Under the pieces are notes generated by a model. That model made no database searches, was not told where the DNA came from, and was given only the letters and a program-made list of their open reading frames with translations. The translations under genes and the position numbers were made by a program. Shown piece by piece: positions 1 to 9,725 of a stretch of DNA of 64,000 nucleotides (position 1 is the first letter of the stretch; every line of letters starts with the position of its first letter). This stretch comes from an uncultured delta proteobacterium. GTDB lineage: Bacteria; Myxococcota; Myxococcia; Myxococcales; Myxococcaceae. The stretch lies in the NCBI GenBank assembly GCA_963771175.1, contig CAVYSY010000007.1, forward strand, positions 41,782 to 105,781, in the 5' to 3' direction.

Positions 1-321
1 ATCGAGGATGCCATCTCCCTCCTGGAGATCTACCGCGAGGTCGGGAGCCAGCAGCCCGTCTTCGTGGTGACGGACCTCTCGGAGGCCACCACCGTCGACC
101 TGAAGGCCCGGGACCACATCTCCTGGAACATCCATATGGGCTGGTTCCACGGCGCCATCTACATCGGGGCCGGCATGGTTCAGAGGGCCGTGGCCAGCAG
201 CATGACGTTCCTCCACAGCCTCACGGGCAACGAGGCCATCCCCCAGCACTTCGTCTCCACGGAGGAGGAGGCCCGCGCGCTCATCGTTCAGGAGCGCTCG
301 CCACGGGGCAGGCAGACGTAA
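1..321 (+). CDS. STAS/SEC14 (SpoIIAA-like) domain protein, 5' truncated by window edge
   Basis: Frame open from base 1; QPVFVVTDLS...WFHGAIYIGA...FVSTEEEARA aligns by eye with the next ORF. Confidence 0.75.
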   Translation: MEDAISLLEIYREVGSQQPVFVVTDLSEATTVDLKARDHISWNIHMGWFHGAIYIGAGMVQRAVASSMTFLHSLTGNEAIPQHFVSTEEEARALIVQERSPRGRQT

Positions 322-438
322 CCTCCCCACTGCCATTCCCCTCCGGCGCGGCTAGGATGCGCGCACACGGCACGGGGGAGCCGTGGGGCCGATACGCGTG
401 GACGCTCGGGAGCCCCCCCTGGGCATCGAGAGGCTCTC

Positions 439-855
439 ATGACGGCTCCCCGCGAATGGACGATCGACACGCACTTCGTCCGCTTCGAGCATCCCGACAA
501 TCTGTACGTGAAGATCGACGGCGACGTCTCCACCGAGGCGGTGCGCCAGCTCGCCGATATCTGCCGGGACATCGCGGCGAAGCAGCCCTTCTATCTGGTC
601 GCGGATCTCTCGCACGTCGGCACCGTCTCCTCGGAGGCTCGCAACCACGCCTCCAAGCACATCCGTCCGGACTGGTACCTGGGCGTGGCCTACATCGGGG
701 CCAACCTCATCACCAAGGCCGCGGCCAAGGGTCTCGCCGTCGCGCTCTACCTCACCGGCAAGTCCTCCTTCGACATCGCGTTCGTCGCCAACGAGGCCGA
801 GGCCCGCGCGGCTCTCGAGAAGCAGCGCGCCAGGCGCGGCACCCAGGTGGCCTGA
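439..855 (+). CDS. STAS/SEC14 (SpoIIAA-like) domain protein
   Basis: GAGAGG before ATG; PFYLVADLS...EAR...YIGA...FVANEAEARA pattern of this myxobacterial family. Confidence 0.75.
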   Translation: MTAPREWTIDTHFVRFEHPDNLYVKIDGDVSTEAVRQLADICRDIAAKQPFYLVADLSHVGTVSSEARNHASKHIRPDWYLGVAYIGANLITKAAAKGLAVALYLTGKSSFDIAFVANEAEARAALEKQRARRGTQVA

Positions 856-887
856 GCGCAGAACCACCTCCGCGGCCAGTCTTCGGA

Positions 888-967
888 GGACAGGGCACCC
901 TCCGGGCTCGGTCTGGAAAAACCTGTCCGACAGTCGGACAGGTTTTTGAAAAACGCGACCGGGAGGC
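888..967. repeat. REP-like palindromic intergenic element, copy 1
   Basis: Core AAAAACCTGTCCGAC-A-GTCGGACAGGTTTTT at 917-947; flanks match 42892-42971 in reverse complement. Confidence 0.85.
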
Positions 968-981
968 TGCCTTCGAATGAC

Positions 982-1701
982 TTAGAAGAAGGCGGGGGCC
1001 TGCTCGGAGGCCGCCACGTACTCCTCACGCGCGTCGCGCGGGCGCGTGTTGTAGGCGAGCGCCTCCTCCAGTCGAGCGGGCTTCTCGCCGCGCGGCGACA
1101 TCATCAGCCGCATGAACATCTCGTAGTCCAGCCGCAGGCGCGGGTTGGTGAGGCGCTCGTGGCCGATGGTGCTGAACGTCCGCCCCCCGTAGTCGTGCGA
1201 GGGGTACACCAACGTGTCCTCGGGCAGCGACAGCAGCCGCTGGAGGCTGCGGTACTCGGCCTCGGCGTCTCCCGTTGGCAGGTCCGTCCGCCCCGTGGCC
1301 CCGATGAGCAGCGTGTCCCCCGTGAACACCCGGTCCTCCATCCTCAGCACCCGCGAGTCCGCCGTGTGCCCCGGGGTCTCCCAGACCTCGATACGCAAGG
1401 CCCCCAGCTCCAGCACGTCGCCCTCGTGCAGCGGCTGTTGCACCGCGCCCACCGGCGCTCCCGCGTGCACCGAGCTCGTCATCCGTGCCAGCTCCCGGCC
1501 TCCCGACAGGTGGTCCGCGTGCGTGTGGGTGTCCACCACCAGGCCCAGCCGGAGCTGGTCCTTCCCGAGGCGCTGCAGGTAGCTCGGCACGAGCTCCAGC
1601 ACCGGGTCCACGATGAGTGCCTCCCGTGTCCGCGGGTTGACGATGAGGTACGTGCGGCAGCTCGCCCCACCGTTCAACTCCTCGAAGATGAACCCCTTCA
1701 T
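982..1701 (-). CDS. MBL-fold metallo-hydrolase (ETHE1/persulfide dioxygenase-like)
   Basis: THTHADH, TPGHT, FTGDTL and YPSHDY motifs; start at MKGFIFEEL. Confidence 0.85.
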   Translation of the reverse strand: MKGFIFEELNGGASCRTYLIVNPRTREALIVDPVLELVPSYLQRLGKDQLRLGLVVDTHTHADHLSGGRELARMTSSVHAGAPVGAVQQPLHEGDVLELGALRIEVWETPGHTADSRVLRMEDRVFTGDTLLIGATGRTDLPTGDAEAEYRSLQRLLSLPEDTLVYPSHDYGGRTFSTIGHERLTNPRLRLDYEMFMRLMMSPRGEKPARLEEALAYNTRPRDAREEYVAASEQAPAFF

Positions 1702-1886
1702 CCCCTGCCTCCCTCGACCGGCTGCGCCGATGCACCGCAGCCGAGAGCAAGGTAGGCACGGACCGTCCGCCGCATGTCCGACCCGCCCGCCCGACGTCCG
1801 AGACGCCATCTGGTGGACGATGGCGCGCCCCATGGGGTGAGCGCCGTGCCGCTCATGAAGCAGGCGGGCGAGCGTGCGCCCGCTGT

Positions 1887-2420
1887 TCAGCGGGAGGCGG
1901 CGGGTGCCGCCGCGCCCAGGTGCGCGTGCAGCGTCTCGGCGCGCACGTAGAGGAACTGCGCGTCGCCAAAGGCCAGCCCATCCCCGTCGACGAGCTGCTG
2001 CTCCTGGTCGCCCAGCGGCACCGCGTTGACGAAGGTGCCGTTCATCGAGCCCGCGTCGCGCACGTAACAGCACCCATCCGCCGCGCTCCAGCGCATCAGC
2101 GCGTGGAACTTGGAGACGGACGGGTCGTGGATGACCACCGAGCACGTCTCGATGCGCCCCACCGCGAACACCTCGCCGTCCATCTTCGGCTTGAGGAAGA
2201 GCACCTGCAGATGCTCGAAGCCCTGCAGCATCGCCATCAGCCGGTCCGCCAGCCGGGTGCGGTGCGCCATGTACACCGTGCGCGCCTGGCCCATCTGCAT
2301 GGCCACCTGCTGGAAGACGGGAGAGGGGGGCTGTTGGATGAGCACCACCGGACCATGCTCGGCAAGGAACGTCCCGACGTCCACCCGACCCAGCGCTCGC
2401 AATTCCCTGACCGAAGACAT
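1887..2420 (-). CDS. FHA domain protein
   Basis: VGR...SVSKFHA...DAGSMNGTFVN FHA signature. Confidence 0.85.
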   Translation of the reverse strand: MSSVRELRALGRVDVGTFLAEHGPVVLIQQPPSPVFQQVAMQMGQARTVYMAHRTRLADRLMAMLQGFEHLQVLFLKPKMDGEVFAVGRIETCSVVIHDPSVSKFHALMRWSAADGCCYVRDAGSMNGTFVNAVPLGDQEQQLVDGDGLAFGDAQFLYVRAETLHAHLGAAAPAASR

Positions 2421-2519
2421 GGGCCGCGAGGGTAGGCGCACACGCCGCGCGTGCCAAGGGCCTCGGCTCGGTTATGGTTCGCCCGCACACCACCCAGGCA
2501 GCCGCAGGAGGCTTCATCC

Positions 2520-4004
2520 ATGGCGAAGGCGAAGTACGTGCTGGCAGTGGACCAGGGCACCACCGGGACGCACGTCTCCATCCTCGACGACAAGCTGCGG
2601 GTGGTGGGCAGCGCGTACCGCGAGTTCACCCAGCACTTCCCCAAGCCCTCCTGGGTGGAGCACGACCTGGAGGAAATCTGGGCCACCGTCGAGCAGTGCA
2701 TCCGCCTGGCCCTGAAGGACGCGGGGCTGGCCGGCAAGGACATCTCCGCGGTGGGCATCACCAACCAGCGCGAGACGACCGGCCTGTGGATGCGTGAGGG
2801 CGGCAAGCCCCTGGGGCACGCCATCGTGTGGCAGGACCGGCGCACCGCGCAACAGTGCGCGCGGCTGCGCGAGCAGGGCGAGGGACCCCGGGTGCACCAG
2901 ACGACGGGCCTGGTGTTGGACCCGTACTTCTCGGGCACCAAGCTCTCCTGGATGATGGAGCACATGAAGGGGGCCCGGAAGCGCGCCGAGAAGGGCGACG
3001 CGTGCTTCGGCACCATCGACACCTGGCTCGTCTACAAGATGACGGGGGGCCAGTCGCACGTCACCGACGTCTCCAACGCCAGCCGCACGCTGCTGATGGA
3101 CGTCACCCAGCTCAAGTGGGACGAGTCCATGCTCTCCCTCTTCGGCGTGCCGGGCGCGTGCCTGCCGGAGATTCGCGGCTCGGCCGAGAGCTACGGCACC
3201 ACCCGGGGCATGCGCGGCCTGCCGGATGGCATCCCCATCACCGGCATGGCGGGGGACCAGCAGGCGGCCCTCTTCGGACAGGCGTGCTTCAGCCCCGGCG
3301 AGGCCAAGTGCACCTACGGCACCGGCGCCTTCCTGCTGATGAACACGGGCGACGCGCCGGTGTACTCGAAGGCGGGGCTGCTCACCACGGTGGCCTGGCG
3401 GATTGGCGACAAGACGTCCTACGCGCTGGAGGGCAGCTCCTTCATCGCCGGCGCCGCGGTGCAGTGGCTGCGCGACGGGCTGAAGGTCATCAAGAAGGCC
3501 GCGGACGTGGAGCCGCTCGCCGCCAGCGTGAAGGAGAGCGGGGATGTCGTCTTCGTCCCGGCGCTCGCGGGCCTCGGGGCCCCGCACTGGCGTCCCGAGG
3601 CGCGCGGCCTCTTCGCCGGCATCGACCGCTCCACCACGGTGGCCCACCTGGCGCGCGCGGCGCTCGAGGGCGTGGCGATGCAGATTCACGACCTGGCCGA
3701 GGCCATGCGCCGCGACAGCGGCCAGGAGATTCCGGCCTTCAAGGTGGACGGGGGCGCCGCGGCCAACAACCTGATGATGCAGTTCCAGGCGGACATCCTC
3801 GGCACCGAGGTGGTGCGCCCGCGGAACCTGCAGACGACCAGCCTGGGGGCCGCCTTCCTGGCGGGCCTGGGAGCCGGGGTGTGGAGCAGCACGGACGCCA
3901 TCCGCCGCGCCTGGAAGGTGGACAAGGTCTTCAAGCCGAAGATGAAGGCGGAGGTGCGAGAGCGGTACCTCGCCAAGTGGCGGCGCGCGGTGGAGCGCGC
4001 CTGA
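2520..4004 (+). CDS. glpK: Glycerol kinase
   Basis: DQGTTG, GITNQRET, DPYFSGTK, GDQQAALFGQ, TYGTG and VDGG motifs; GGAGG RBS. Confidence 0.97.
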   Translation: MAKAKYVLAVDQGTTGTHVSILDDKLRVVGSAYREFTQHFPKPSWVEHDLEEIWATVEQCIRLALKDAGLAGKDISAVGITNQRETTGLWMREGGKPLGHAIVWQDRRTAQQCARLREQGEGPRVHQTTGLVLDPYFSGTKLSWMMEHMKGARKRAEKGDACFGTIDTWLVYKMTGGQSHVTDVSNASRTLLMDVTQLKWDESMLSLFGVPGACLPEIRGSAESYGTTRGMRGLPDGIPITGMAGDQQAALFGQACFSPGEAKCTYGTGAFLLMNTGDAPVYSKAGLLTTVAWRIGDKTSYALEGSSFIAGAAVQWLRDGLKVIKKAADVEPLAASVKESGDVVFVPALAGLGAPHWRPEARGLFAGIDRSTTVAHLARAALEGVAMQIHDLAEAMRRDSGQEIPAFKVDGGAAANNLMMQFQADILGTEVVRPRNLQTTSLGAAFLAGLGAGVWSSTDAIRRAWKVDKVFKPKMKAEVRERYLAKWRRAVERA

Positions 4005-4041
4005 GACAGCATCCCCCCATTCGCGATAGGAGAAGGACCCG

Positions 4042-4353
4042 ATGGCCTACGACCGCACGCAGTTGACCCCCGAGGCCCTGAAGCAGTTCCTCGCCGAGCA
4101 CCCCGAGTGGAAGCACGAGGGAGGGATGCTCCGCCGCACCTACGAGGCGCCGAGCTTCCTCGCGGGCATCGACTTCGTGAGCCGGGTGGCGAAGGCCGCC
4201 GAGGCGGCGGACCACCACCCGGACATCGACATCCGCTGGCGCAAGGTGACGCTGGCGCTGGTGACGCACGACGCGGGCGGCCTCACCTGGCGCGACACGA
4301 AGCTGGCGGCCGAGGCGGACACGCTGTTCACCCAGGTGGTGAAGCAGGGCTGA
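4042..4353 (+). CDS. Pterin-4-alpha-carbinolamine dehydratase
   Basis: ADHHPDI and THDAGGLT motifs. Confidence 0.93.
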   Translation: MAYDRTQLTPEALKQFLAEHPEWKHEGGMLRRTYEAPSFLAGIDFVSRVAKAAEAADHHPDIDIRWRKVTLALVTHDAGGLTWRDTKLAAEADTLFTQVVKQG

Positions 4354-5588
4354 TGCGCGCCGTCCTCTTCGTGTCGGTGGTGCTGCTGGCGACCCCGGCG
4401 GCGTGGGCACAGGACGAGGTGCCCGCGGCCACCCGGCCCGAGCGGCTGTACGTCAACTCGGGCGTGCTGATGGGCTCCTCGCGGGTGGTGGCGCTGGGCG
4501 GCGCCTACGTGGGCGTCGCCGAGGGCGTGGCCGGCTTCACCAACAACCTGGCCGCGCTCGCCCACCGCACCCCGTACCTGAACAAGGACTGGGACGTGGG
4601 CGTCACCCTGTCCTGGTTGGACCTGCCGCTGGCCAAGGCCAAGGGCAAGGACCTGGACAACGACGGCCTGGCCGACGACGCCCCCGAGACGCTCCAGCTC
4701 CTGGGCGCGGTGATGCTGCAGTACCGCAACTTCGGGCTCGGCTTCTCCTTGCGCAACCAACAGGTGGGCTACTGCAACACGCTCCACTGCGACGAGAGCG
4801 ACTTGCTGAGCGTGTCGCTCCTCCAGACGGCGCTGGCGGGCGCGGTGGCGCTGGGGCGGGACGAGTTCATCCTCGGCTTCGGCATCTACAGCGCGCAGGC
4901 CGTCTTCAGCCACAAGTCGGAGGGTGACTGGCGGTACGGAGACACGGGCCTGGCGCTGGACATGCTGTACCGACCGCTCGGGAGGCCGTACCGGGTGGGG
5001 GTGTCGGTGCGACCCGAGGTGGTGGGCGCCTGGCGGCGGCAGGAGGGACAGGTGCCCTTCCTCGCGGGCCGGCAGCTCTACGCGGCGGTGGTGTCGCCGG
5101 CGGTGCTGTCGCTGGGAGTGAGCTGGCGACTGGGCGAGGGGGCGGAGAACTACAACCGGCTCTCCCCCGCGGCGCGCCGGCAGATGCTGGAAGGGGAGCA
5201 CTTCTCCGAGGTGCCGCCCGAGGACGTGGTCGGAGCCCCCTCGGGCCGGTGGCTCATCAGCGTGCAGGCGGACTTCATCTCGCGGGTGGAGAACGCGGTG
5301 TCGGTGCACTCGTTCACGGCGCTCACCGAGCCGACGAGGGTGGGAGCCTCGGGGATGCTGCAGCCGCGCCTGGGCGTGGAGCACGAGACGTGGCCGGGGC
5401 GGCTGCGCACGCGGCTGGGGACGTTCATCGAGCCCTCGCCCTTCGAGGACCACCTGCCGAGGCCCCACTTCACGGGAGGCTTCGAGCTGTTCCTGTTCCG
5501 CTACTGGGAGGACTGGGCGCTGACGGCCTCGTTCGATGCCTCGCGCCGCTATTCCAACTTCGGCATCTCGGTGGGCTTCTGGAGATGA
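4353..5588 (+). CDS. Putative outer-membrane beta-barrel protein (FadL-like start)
   Basis: Signal peptide (PAAWAQ); ALGGAYVGVAE motif; amphipathic strands ending ISVGFWR; TGATG coupling. Confidence 0.6.
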   Translation: MRAVLFVSVVLLATPAAWAQDEVPAATRPERLYVNSGVLMGSSRVVALGGAYVGVAEGVAGFTNNLAALAHRTPYLNKDWDVGVTLSWLDLPLAKAKGKDLDNDGLADDAPETLQLLGAVMLQYRNFGLGFSLRNQQVGYCNTLHCDESDLLSVSLLQTALAGAVALGRDEFILGFGIYSAQAVFSHKSEGDWRYGDTGLALDMLYRPLGRPYRVGVSVRPEVVGAWRRQEGQVPFLAGRQLYAAVVSPAVLSLGVSWRLGEGAENYNRLSPAARRQMLEGEHFSEVPPEDVVGAPSGRWLISVQADFISRVENAVSVHSFTALTEPTRVGASGMLQPRLGVEHETWPGRLRTRLGTFIEPSPFEDHLPRPHFTGGFELFLFRYWEDWALTASFDASRRYSNFGISVGFWR

Positions 5589-6478
5589 GCGAGCGCCACC
5601 CCTGGAGGACGGTGGCCTTCACGGTGCTGGCGCTCATCGGGTTCGCGGCCAACTCGCTGCTGTGCCGGGCGGCGCTGGAGAACGGGGCCTGGCGCATCGA
5701 CGCGGCGAGCTTCACGAGCATCCGGCTCGGCTCGGGTGCGCTCGTGCTGTGGCTGCTGCCGCGGGCGCGCGGAGGAGGAGAACGCCGGGGCTCATGGGGC
5801 TCGGCGCTGGCGCTGTTCGCCTACGCCGCGGGCTTCTCGCTGGCGTACGTGCGGATTCCCGCGGGAGTGGGCGCGCTCATCCTCTTCGGCTGCGTGCAGG
5901 CGACGATGCTGGGCGTGGGCCTCTTCCGGGGCGAGCGCCCCCGTCCGCGGGAGTGGCTGGGCTTCGTCATGGCGCTCGGAGGGCTCATCGTGCTGCGCCT
6001 GCCGGGAGCCACCGCGCCGGACCCGCTCGGGGCCACGCTGATGGCGGGGGCGGGCGTGGCGTGGGGCGTGTACTCGCTGCGAGGGCGCGGCAACGCGGAC
6101 CCGCTGGCGGCCACGGCGGACAACTTCCTGCGGAGCGTGCCGATGACGGCGGGGCTCTCCGTCCTGGGGCTCCTGGTGCTGGAAGCCCCGAGGGCGACTC
6201 CGGCGGGCGTGGGACTGGCGGTGGCGTCGGGGGCACTGGCGTCGGGCGTGGGCTACAGCCTGTGGTACGCGGCGCTGCCGTACCTGACGGCGATGCGGGC
6301 GGCGGTGGTGCAGCTCGCGGTGCCGGTGGTGGCGGCAGCGGGTGGCGTGCTGCTGCTCGGCGAGGCGCTGACGGTGCGGCTGGTGGGCGCGGGCAGTGCC
6401 CTGTTGTGCGGCGTGCTCCTGGCCCTCACGGCGCGCCAGCGCAAGGCCCCAGCGAAAGAGCCGGCCTCGGCGCGGTAG
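5585..6478 (+). CDS. DMT/EamA family transporter
   Basis: About 10 hydrophobic segments; FAANSLLCR and GYSLWY motifs; overlaps upstream stop. Confidence 0.9.
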   Translation: MSERHPWRTVAFTVLALIGFAANSLLCRAALENGAWRIDAASFTSIRLGSGALVLWLLPRARGGGERRGSWGSALALFAYAAGFSLAYVRIPAGVGALILFGCVQATMLGVGLFRGERPRPREWLGFVMALGGLIVLRLPGATAPDPLGATLMAGAGVAWGVYSLRGRGNADPLAATADNFLRSVPMTAGLSVLGLLVLEAPRATPAGVGLAVASGALASGVGYSLWYAALPYLTAMRAAVVQLAVPVVAAAGGVLLLGEALTVRLVGAGSALLCGVLLALTARQRKAPAKEPASAR

Positions 6479-6487
6479 GCGGCAGGC

Positions 6488-6766
6488 TCAGCCGCGCCGG
6501 CCTGGGCGACGCCTCGCCGACTGGCGCACGCCGGGGAGTGGACGGGGTGGGCCCTCCAGGTGCGCGGAGCGGAGCGGTCTGGCGGCTTGGGGCCTCAGCT
6601 CCCTCCCATCTTCGGGCAGGGGCCGCTCCCCCTCCCGCCGCAATGCCGGCGGGCTGAGCAGGCGAGCGTCCGGCCGCCAGTCGAACAGCAGGAGGGAGAT
6701 CAGCACCATCGTCACCACCGTGCGCCGGAACGAGGGGGATTCCTGGAGGAGCAGTTGCGGATTCAT
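6488..6766 (-). CDS. Small hypothetical protein
   Basis: GAAGAGG before ATG, one hydrophobic stretch, directly downstream of the STAS gene. Confidence 0.4.
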   Translation of the reverse strand: MNPQLLLQESPSFRRTVVTMVLISLLLFDWRPDARLLSPPALRREGERPLPEDGRELRPQAARPLRSAHLEGPPRPLPGVRQSARRRPGRRG

Positions 6767-6818
6767 CTGCCTCTTCCAACACCCGACCGCCGCGCCTTCA
6801 TGCACCCCTGGACGCCGC

Positions 6819-7190
6819 TCAGTCGTCGAGGTCCCGATGGTCGCGCACCGGGAAGCAGGCCGGGCACGTCATGCTCCGGCGCGTGGGCGCGAGCGTGTGC
6901 GGGTCGATGTTCAGGTACTGGAGCACCCGCGCCGGGTGGCTGGGAATCCCCCGCGTCTTCAGGTGGAGCTCCGGCAGCCGGCTCAATCCCTGGACGAGCA
7001 TATCCAGGGCGAAGTCCTGGAAGGTGTTCACCCTGCTGAAATCCAACTCCATGTGGCCCGCGTCGGCCCGACGCTGGAGGAGCGCCAGGACATCCCGGGC
7101 GGCCCTGGCATCGAAGGTTCCGTGCAGCTCGATGCAGGCGCGCGAGGGGGGCAACTCCCTCTCTTGCTGGATGGGCGCTGTCTGGTTCAT
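6819..7190 (-). CDS. STAS-domain (anti-sigma antagonist-like) protein
   Basis: AAGGAGG RBS; IELHGTFD...LDFSRV..FQDFAL pattern. Confidence 0.7.
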   Translation of the reverse strand: MNQTAPIQQERELPPSRACIELHGTFDARAARDVLALLQRRADAGHMELDFSRVNTFQDFALDMLVQGLSRLPELHLKTRGIPSHPARVLQYLNIDPHTLAPTRRSMTCPACFPVRDHRDLDD

Positions 7191-7220
7191 GGACGTTCCT
7201 CCTTCCCAGCTCACCCTGAT

Positions 7221-7236
7221 TGAAAGATGCGTGCCA
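7221..7236 (-). promoter_or_regulatory. Possible sigma54 promoter
   Basis: TGGCACGCATCTTTCA: perfect -24 box, non-consensus -12 (TC for GC). Confidence 0.3.
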
Positions 7237-7423
7237 GCCGATCCGCCCGGGGATTCCGGGCGCCGGGCGCAATTCGTGCGCTTCCGCACACCCTGGCGTG
7301 CAGTCGCTGCGCCCCTCCCCCAAGGACGCATCTCTCGTTTCCTGGGTCCCTACCGGGCGAGAGCGGCCCCTGGGGAGCGGCCTTGCACCTCCCACACCAG
7401 CGGGGAAGCCTCGCCCGCGGACG

Positions 7424-8524
7424 TCACAATCCTTTATCGAGCTCCTGGAGCACGAGAGTGACGGCGGCCTTCGCGTTGACCCGCCCGAAACCGTAGAAGC
7501 CGCTGTAGGGCCTCATCTTGACGTTGTCCGTGAAGGACGTGTGGTCGAAGGAGGCGAGCTGGCCGCTGGTGAGCGACCCGGCGGCGGTCTTCCACTTTCC
7601 GGCGGCGTGCGTGCAGGTCGCGTCGATCTTGTCGGCGCTCAGGCACAGGAGCGTCTTGACCTGCTTGGGCGTCAATTTGGGATTCGCCAGCAGCATCAGC
7701 GCCACCACCCCCGCGACCATCGGGCACGCCGCTGACGTATTCCCGTGGTAATCGAAGTTCCTGTTCCCGGAGAGCCCCTGCTCGCCCTGGCCCGTGTTGG
7801 ACGTGCTCACCGGTCGGATTCCGCTGTCATCACTGCCGGGTGCACAGACCGTGATTCCGGGCCCGTAATTGGACCTGCCGCTCTTCACTTCCGGCCCGCC
7901 GGTCGCGTTGAGCGTCGAGCCGACCAGGATGGCGTCTTCGGCGAAGAGGACGTCCTTTCCCGCCAGGACCTCGTTCTCGTTGCCGGCCGCGAAGACGAAC
8001 ACCGTCTGGGCGCTCAGCTCCTTGATGAGGTCTCTCATCTTGTAGGCCTTCTGGGCCGCCTTCTTGTTCTCGCTGAAATAGCCCGGGCCGTAACCCCAGC
8101 TGCAGCTGATGACCCGCGCGCCGCGACCGCACAGCTCCCGGAACATCTGCTCGTCGTCGTTGAAATTGTCGCTCGGCGCGTAGCGCGCACCGAAGAGGGA
8201 GAGCGTGAACTCAACGCAGGAGGTCGCCACGCCTCCCAGGAACTGCCCTTCCGCGCTCCCTCCGATCAACCCGGCGCACAAGGTCCCGTGCGAGTTGGTG
8301 CCGTTCTTCACGGGCGAGCCGCCCTCGAAGGAGAGGGAGCCCTCGGCATTGATGACCGACGCGAGGTTCGGGTGCTCGATGTCGCAGCCGTTATCGAGGA
8401 CGGCCACATTGACGGAGGCCGGCTCCGTGTACCTCCACCCGTTCTCGGCGGAGGCGGGCACATAACGACCGGCAACCAACGTGCGCGCCTTGGGGATTTT
8501 CATCAACTCGTGCCATGTGGCCAT
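7424..8524 (-). CDS. S8 (subtilisin-like) serine peptidase
   Basis: Triad motifs VAVLDNG, HGTLCAG and GNTSAACPMVAG; oxyanion motif AAGN. Confidence 0.9.
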   Translation of the reverse strand: MATWHELMKIPKARTLVAGRYVPASAENGWRYTEPASVNVAVLDNGCDIEHPNLASVINAEGSLSFEGGSPVKNGTNSHGTLCAGLIGGSAEGQFLGGVATSCVEFTLSLFGARYAPSDNFNDDEQMFRELCGRGARVISCSWGYGPGYFSENKKAAQKAYKMRDLIKELSAQTVFVFAAGNENEVLAGKDVLFAEDAILVGSTLNATGGPEVKSGRSNYGPGITVCAPGSDDSGIRPVSTSNTGQGEQGLSGNRNFDYHGNTSAACPMVAGVVALMLLANPKLTPKQVKTLLCLSADKIDATCTHAAGKWKTAAGSLTSGQLASFDHTSFTDNVKMRPYSGFYGFGRVNAKAAVTLVLQELDKGL

Positions 8525-8633
8525 GTTGGATGTCCTCCAGGCACGAGCCTATACGAGCCCTCCCCGGACCACCCAGGCCTTCGCGAACCTCAAGTCCCCA
8601 CGGCTACCCGGGAGACACGTGGTGATGTGCGGC

Positions 8634-9710
8634 TCAGCCCGCGTTGCGCAGGAACGTCGCCAGCTTCTCGTAGGCCACCGCCAGCGCGGGGATGGGGGCG
8701 CTCTCGTTCGCCTGGTGCGCCTGCGCCGTCTCGCCCGGCCCGAAGTTCACCGCGTCCACCCCGAGCTCGGAGAAGCGCGCCACGTCCGTCCACGCCTGCT
8801 TCGACGCCGCCGGCAGCCCCGTCAGCGCCATCAGCCCCTGGAACAGCGGGTTGTCCGCGCACACCCGGCCGCTCGGCGCCAGGTCCGTGAACTCCACCTC
8901 CGCCGCGTCCCCCACCAGCTCCCGCACGTCCTGCTGCGCCCGCTCCACGCTCTTCCCCGGCGCGAACCGGTAGTTGAGGTTGAGCTCGAACGCCTCCGGA
9001 ATCACGTTGCGCGCCCGCCCTCCCGAGGCCTTCGTGATGTTCATCACCTCATAGAAGGAGAACTCGCCCTGCACCACCTCGCGCCGAGGCAGCGCCAGCA
9101 GGTGCGCCAGCAGCGGCCCCGCCTTGTGGATGGCGTTCTCCCCCTGCCAGGGCCTCGCCGAGTGCGCGCTCCGCCCCTTGAACCGCAGCGTCACGTGCAG
9201 GCTCCCCACGCACCCCACCTGCACCACCCCGTCCGTCGGCTCCATCGCGATGCCGAACTTCACCCGCTTGAGCTCCGGCCGCGTGTCGAACAGCGGCCCC
9301 AGCCCGCTCTCCAGGTAGGGACCCTCCTCGCGCTCGTAGAGCACCACCACCAGGTTCACCGGCAGCTCGGCACGCGGCAGGTCCTCCGCCAGCGCCATCA
9401 TCACCGCCAGCCCGCCCTTCATGTCCGAGGCGCCCAGGCCGAAGACGCGCTCCCCTTCAAGCCTCGGCTCCCGGTCGTTCGGGTGCGCGGGCACCGTGTC
9501 CAGGTGACCCACCAGCGCCACCGTGGGCCTGTCGTCCCGCAGGTTCCCCAGCACCAGCGAGTGCCCCAGCCGGAACACCTCGCGCTGCGGAAAGAGCCCG
9601 CGCGCCCAGCGCTCCACGTGGTCGGCGATGGCCCGCTCCTCCCCGATGGGGCTGGGAATCCGACACAGGGCCAACGTGGACTGGGCAAGGCGGGTCGCGA
9701 GGTCGCTCAT
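8634..9710 (-). CDS. dapE: Succinyl-diaminopimelate desuccinylase (M20 family)
   Basis: GHLDTVP, GASDMKGG, REEG, HSARPWQG, WTDVARF and AHQANE motifs; dapD nearby. Confidence 0.9.
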   Translation of the reverse strand: MSDLATRLAQSTLALCRIPSPIGEERAIADHVERWARGLFPQREVFRLGHSLVLGNLRDDRPTVALVGHLDTVPAHPNDREPRLEGERVFGLGASDMKGGLAVMMALAEDLPRAELPVNLVVVLYEREEGPYLESGLGPLFDTRPELKRVKFGIAMEPTDGVVQVGCVGSLHVTLRFKGRSAHSARPWQGENAIHKAGPLLAHLLALPRREVVQGEFSFYEVMNITKASGGRARNVIPEAFELNLNYRFAPGKSVERAQQDVRELVGDAAEVEFTDLAPSGRVCADNPLFQGLMALTGLPAASKQAWTDVARFSELGVDAVNFGPGETAQAHQANESAPIPALAVAYEKLATFLRNAG

Positions 9711-9725
9711 CTTCCGCTCGAAAGG

